This document shows positions 47,452 through 48,538 of a DNA stretch of 48,538 bases, piece after piece. The stretch lies in the IMG/VR virus record IMGVR_UViG_2740892445_000002, one strand, 5' to 3'. A program made the position numbers and the translations under genes. The notes beneath the pieces are model-generated. The model had not been told where the DNA came from, did not search any database, and saw nothing but the letters and a program-made list of their open reading frames with translations. This DNA comes from a virus. Taxonomy: Duplodnaviria > Heunggongvirae > Uroviricota > Caudoviricetes. The stretch's first letter is position 1. Every line of letters begins with the position of its first letter.

Positions 47452-48538
47452 CATAGCATGTCTTTACGAAAAGTTTGATCGCAGAACTGGCAAGGTTTAC
47501 TACCAGTATAAAAATCCAGTGACTGGAAAATTTCACGGACTCGGAACAGACAAAGGCAAGGCAGAAAAAATCGCTTCCACGGCTAATCAACGAATAGCTG
47601 CAGCAGAAGCGGAATATTTCATGCGCAAAATTGATGAAAGTCCATCAGCAACAAAACGTCGGGGTATCAGATTAAAAGCATGGGTTGATCGATATCTGAA
47701 AATACAGGACTCACGACTGAAAAATGGAGATATTGCAGCTACAACCCACAAAGAAAAGGCGCGAATGGCTGCATACCTGGTTTCCCGCCTGGGAAATCAC
47801 CCATTGATAGACCTGGAAGTAAGAGACTTTGCATTAATACTGGATGAATGGCTGGATAAAGACATGGTCAGCACAGCGAGAGTAAATCGCGGATTATGGG
47901 TTGATATTTATAAAGAAGCACAACATGCAGGGGAAGTTCCTCCTGGATGGAATCCTCCGGAGGCTACCCGTAAACCGATCCCTAAAGTAACCAGAGCCAG
48001 GCTCGCCCTAGAAGACTGGCAAAAAATTTACAACGCAACGCCGGAAAAACACTTTATCCGTAACGCAATGCTTCTTGCGATTGTCACTGGTCAGCGCCGT
48101 GATGACATTTGCCACATGCGTTTTTCAGATGTGTGGAACGAACACTTGCATATCACCCAGGGAAAAACCGGAATGCGTCTGGCGTTACCGCTTACACTAC
48201 GCTGTGATGCCATTGGGATAACGTTAAAAGACGTTATTGATGGATGCCGAGACAGAATATTAAGTCCATATCTAATCCATAGTCGGCACCAGAAACAACC
48301 AAAGCCGATGAGTAAAGACAACCTGAGCGACTACTTTGCCAAAGCGCGGGATCTGGCTGGAATAATTCCACCAGCAGGAAAAACACCGCCCACATTTCAT
48401 GAACAACGCTCTCTATCTGAACGGCTGTACCGTGCACAGGGTATCGATACAAAAACCTTACTAGGACATAAAGTCCAGGCAACCACCGATCGCTATAACG
48501 ATACCCGAGGTCAGGAATGGGTTAAGTTGGTTATTTGA
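47420..48538 (+). CDS. int: tyrosine site-specific integrase
   Basis: 372 aa; C-terminal ...HEQRSLSERLY...LLGHK....TDRY... with catalytic-type R, H-x-x-R and Y positions. Confidence 0.9.
   Translation: MSPRPRKNSTDIACLYEKFDRRTGKVYYQYKNPVTGKFHGLGTDKGKAEKIASTANQRIAAAEAEYFMRKIDESPSATKRRGIRLKAWVDRYLKIQDSRLKNGDIAATTHKEKARMAAYLVSRLGNHPLIDLEVRDFALILDEWLDKDMVSTARVNRGLWVDIYKEAQHAGEVPPGWNPPEATRKPIPKVTRARLALEDWQKIYNATPEKHFIRNAMLLAIVTGQRRDDICHMRFSDVWNEHLHITQGKTGMRLALPLTLRCDAIGITLKDVIDGCRDRILSPYLIHSRHQKQPKPMSKDNLSDYFAKARDLAGIIPPAGKTPPTFHEQRSLSERLYRAQGIDTKTLLGHKVQATTDRYNDTRGQEWVKLVI

Larger units (their letters stand above)
1..48538. mobile_element. lambdoid prophage (lambda-like virion module, Rac/Qin-like early region, Stx-phage-like late region lacking stx)
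   Basis: Colinear lambda gene order Nu1 through J on minus strand, lambda-type cos, Q/holin/endolysin/spanin cassette, CI/Cro-like switch, xis-int on plus strand at the right edge. Confidence 0.9.

Noticed and set aside
1-48538. Insertion sequences, transposases or integrons
   Set aside because: No transposase-like ORF or terminal inverted repeats of IS type seen.

Overview
This window is a near-complete lambdoid prophage of an Escherichia-type enterobacterium, running from the tail-fibre end (pos 1) to the integrase (pos 48538). All calls rest on reading the supplied ORF translations and the raw sequence against remembered protein families; no search was run and all percent-identity-type statements are avoided. 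On the minus strand lies a colinear lambda-like late operon: Q antiterminator, pR'/tR', adenine methyltransferase, two tRNA-like genes, a 1.8 kb ORF-free repeat block, NanS-p esterase, pinholin S, SAR endolysin R, Rz/Rz1, lambda-type cos, then Nu1-A-W-B-C-D-E-FI-FII-Z-U-V-G-T-H-M-L-K-I-J, a collagen-like side tail fibre and Tfa. The early region resembles Rac/Qin: CI-like repressor and Cro-like gene with palindromic operators, DicF-like sRNA plus DicB, HokD-like toxin, RusA, DUF968, and xis-int. Morons include an OmpC-family porin between M and L, a cytochrome b561 gene near cos and an opposite-strand gene between holin and endolysin. The most unusual signal is at the position where Stx phages carry stxAB (29.7-31.6 kb): no toxin genes, but four copies of a structured element with covarying terminal stems and a tRNA-like cloverleaf topology, which I do not recognise as a described family. 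Small-feature coordinates read by hand may be off by 1-2 nt.
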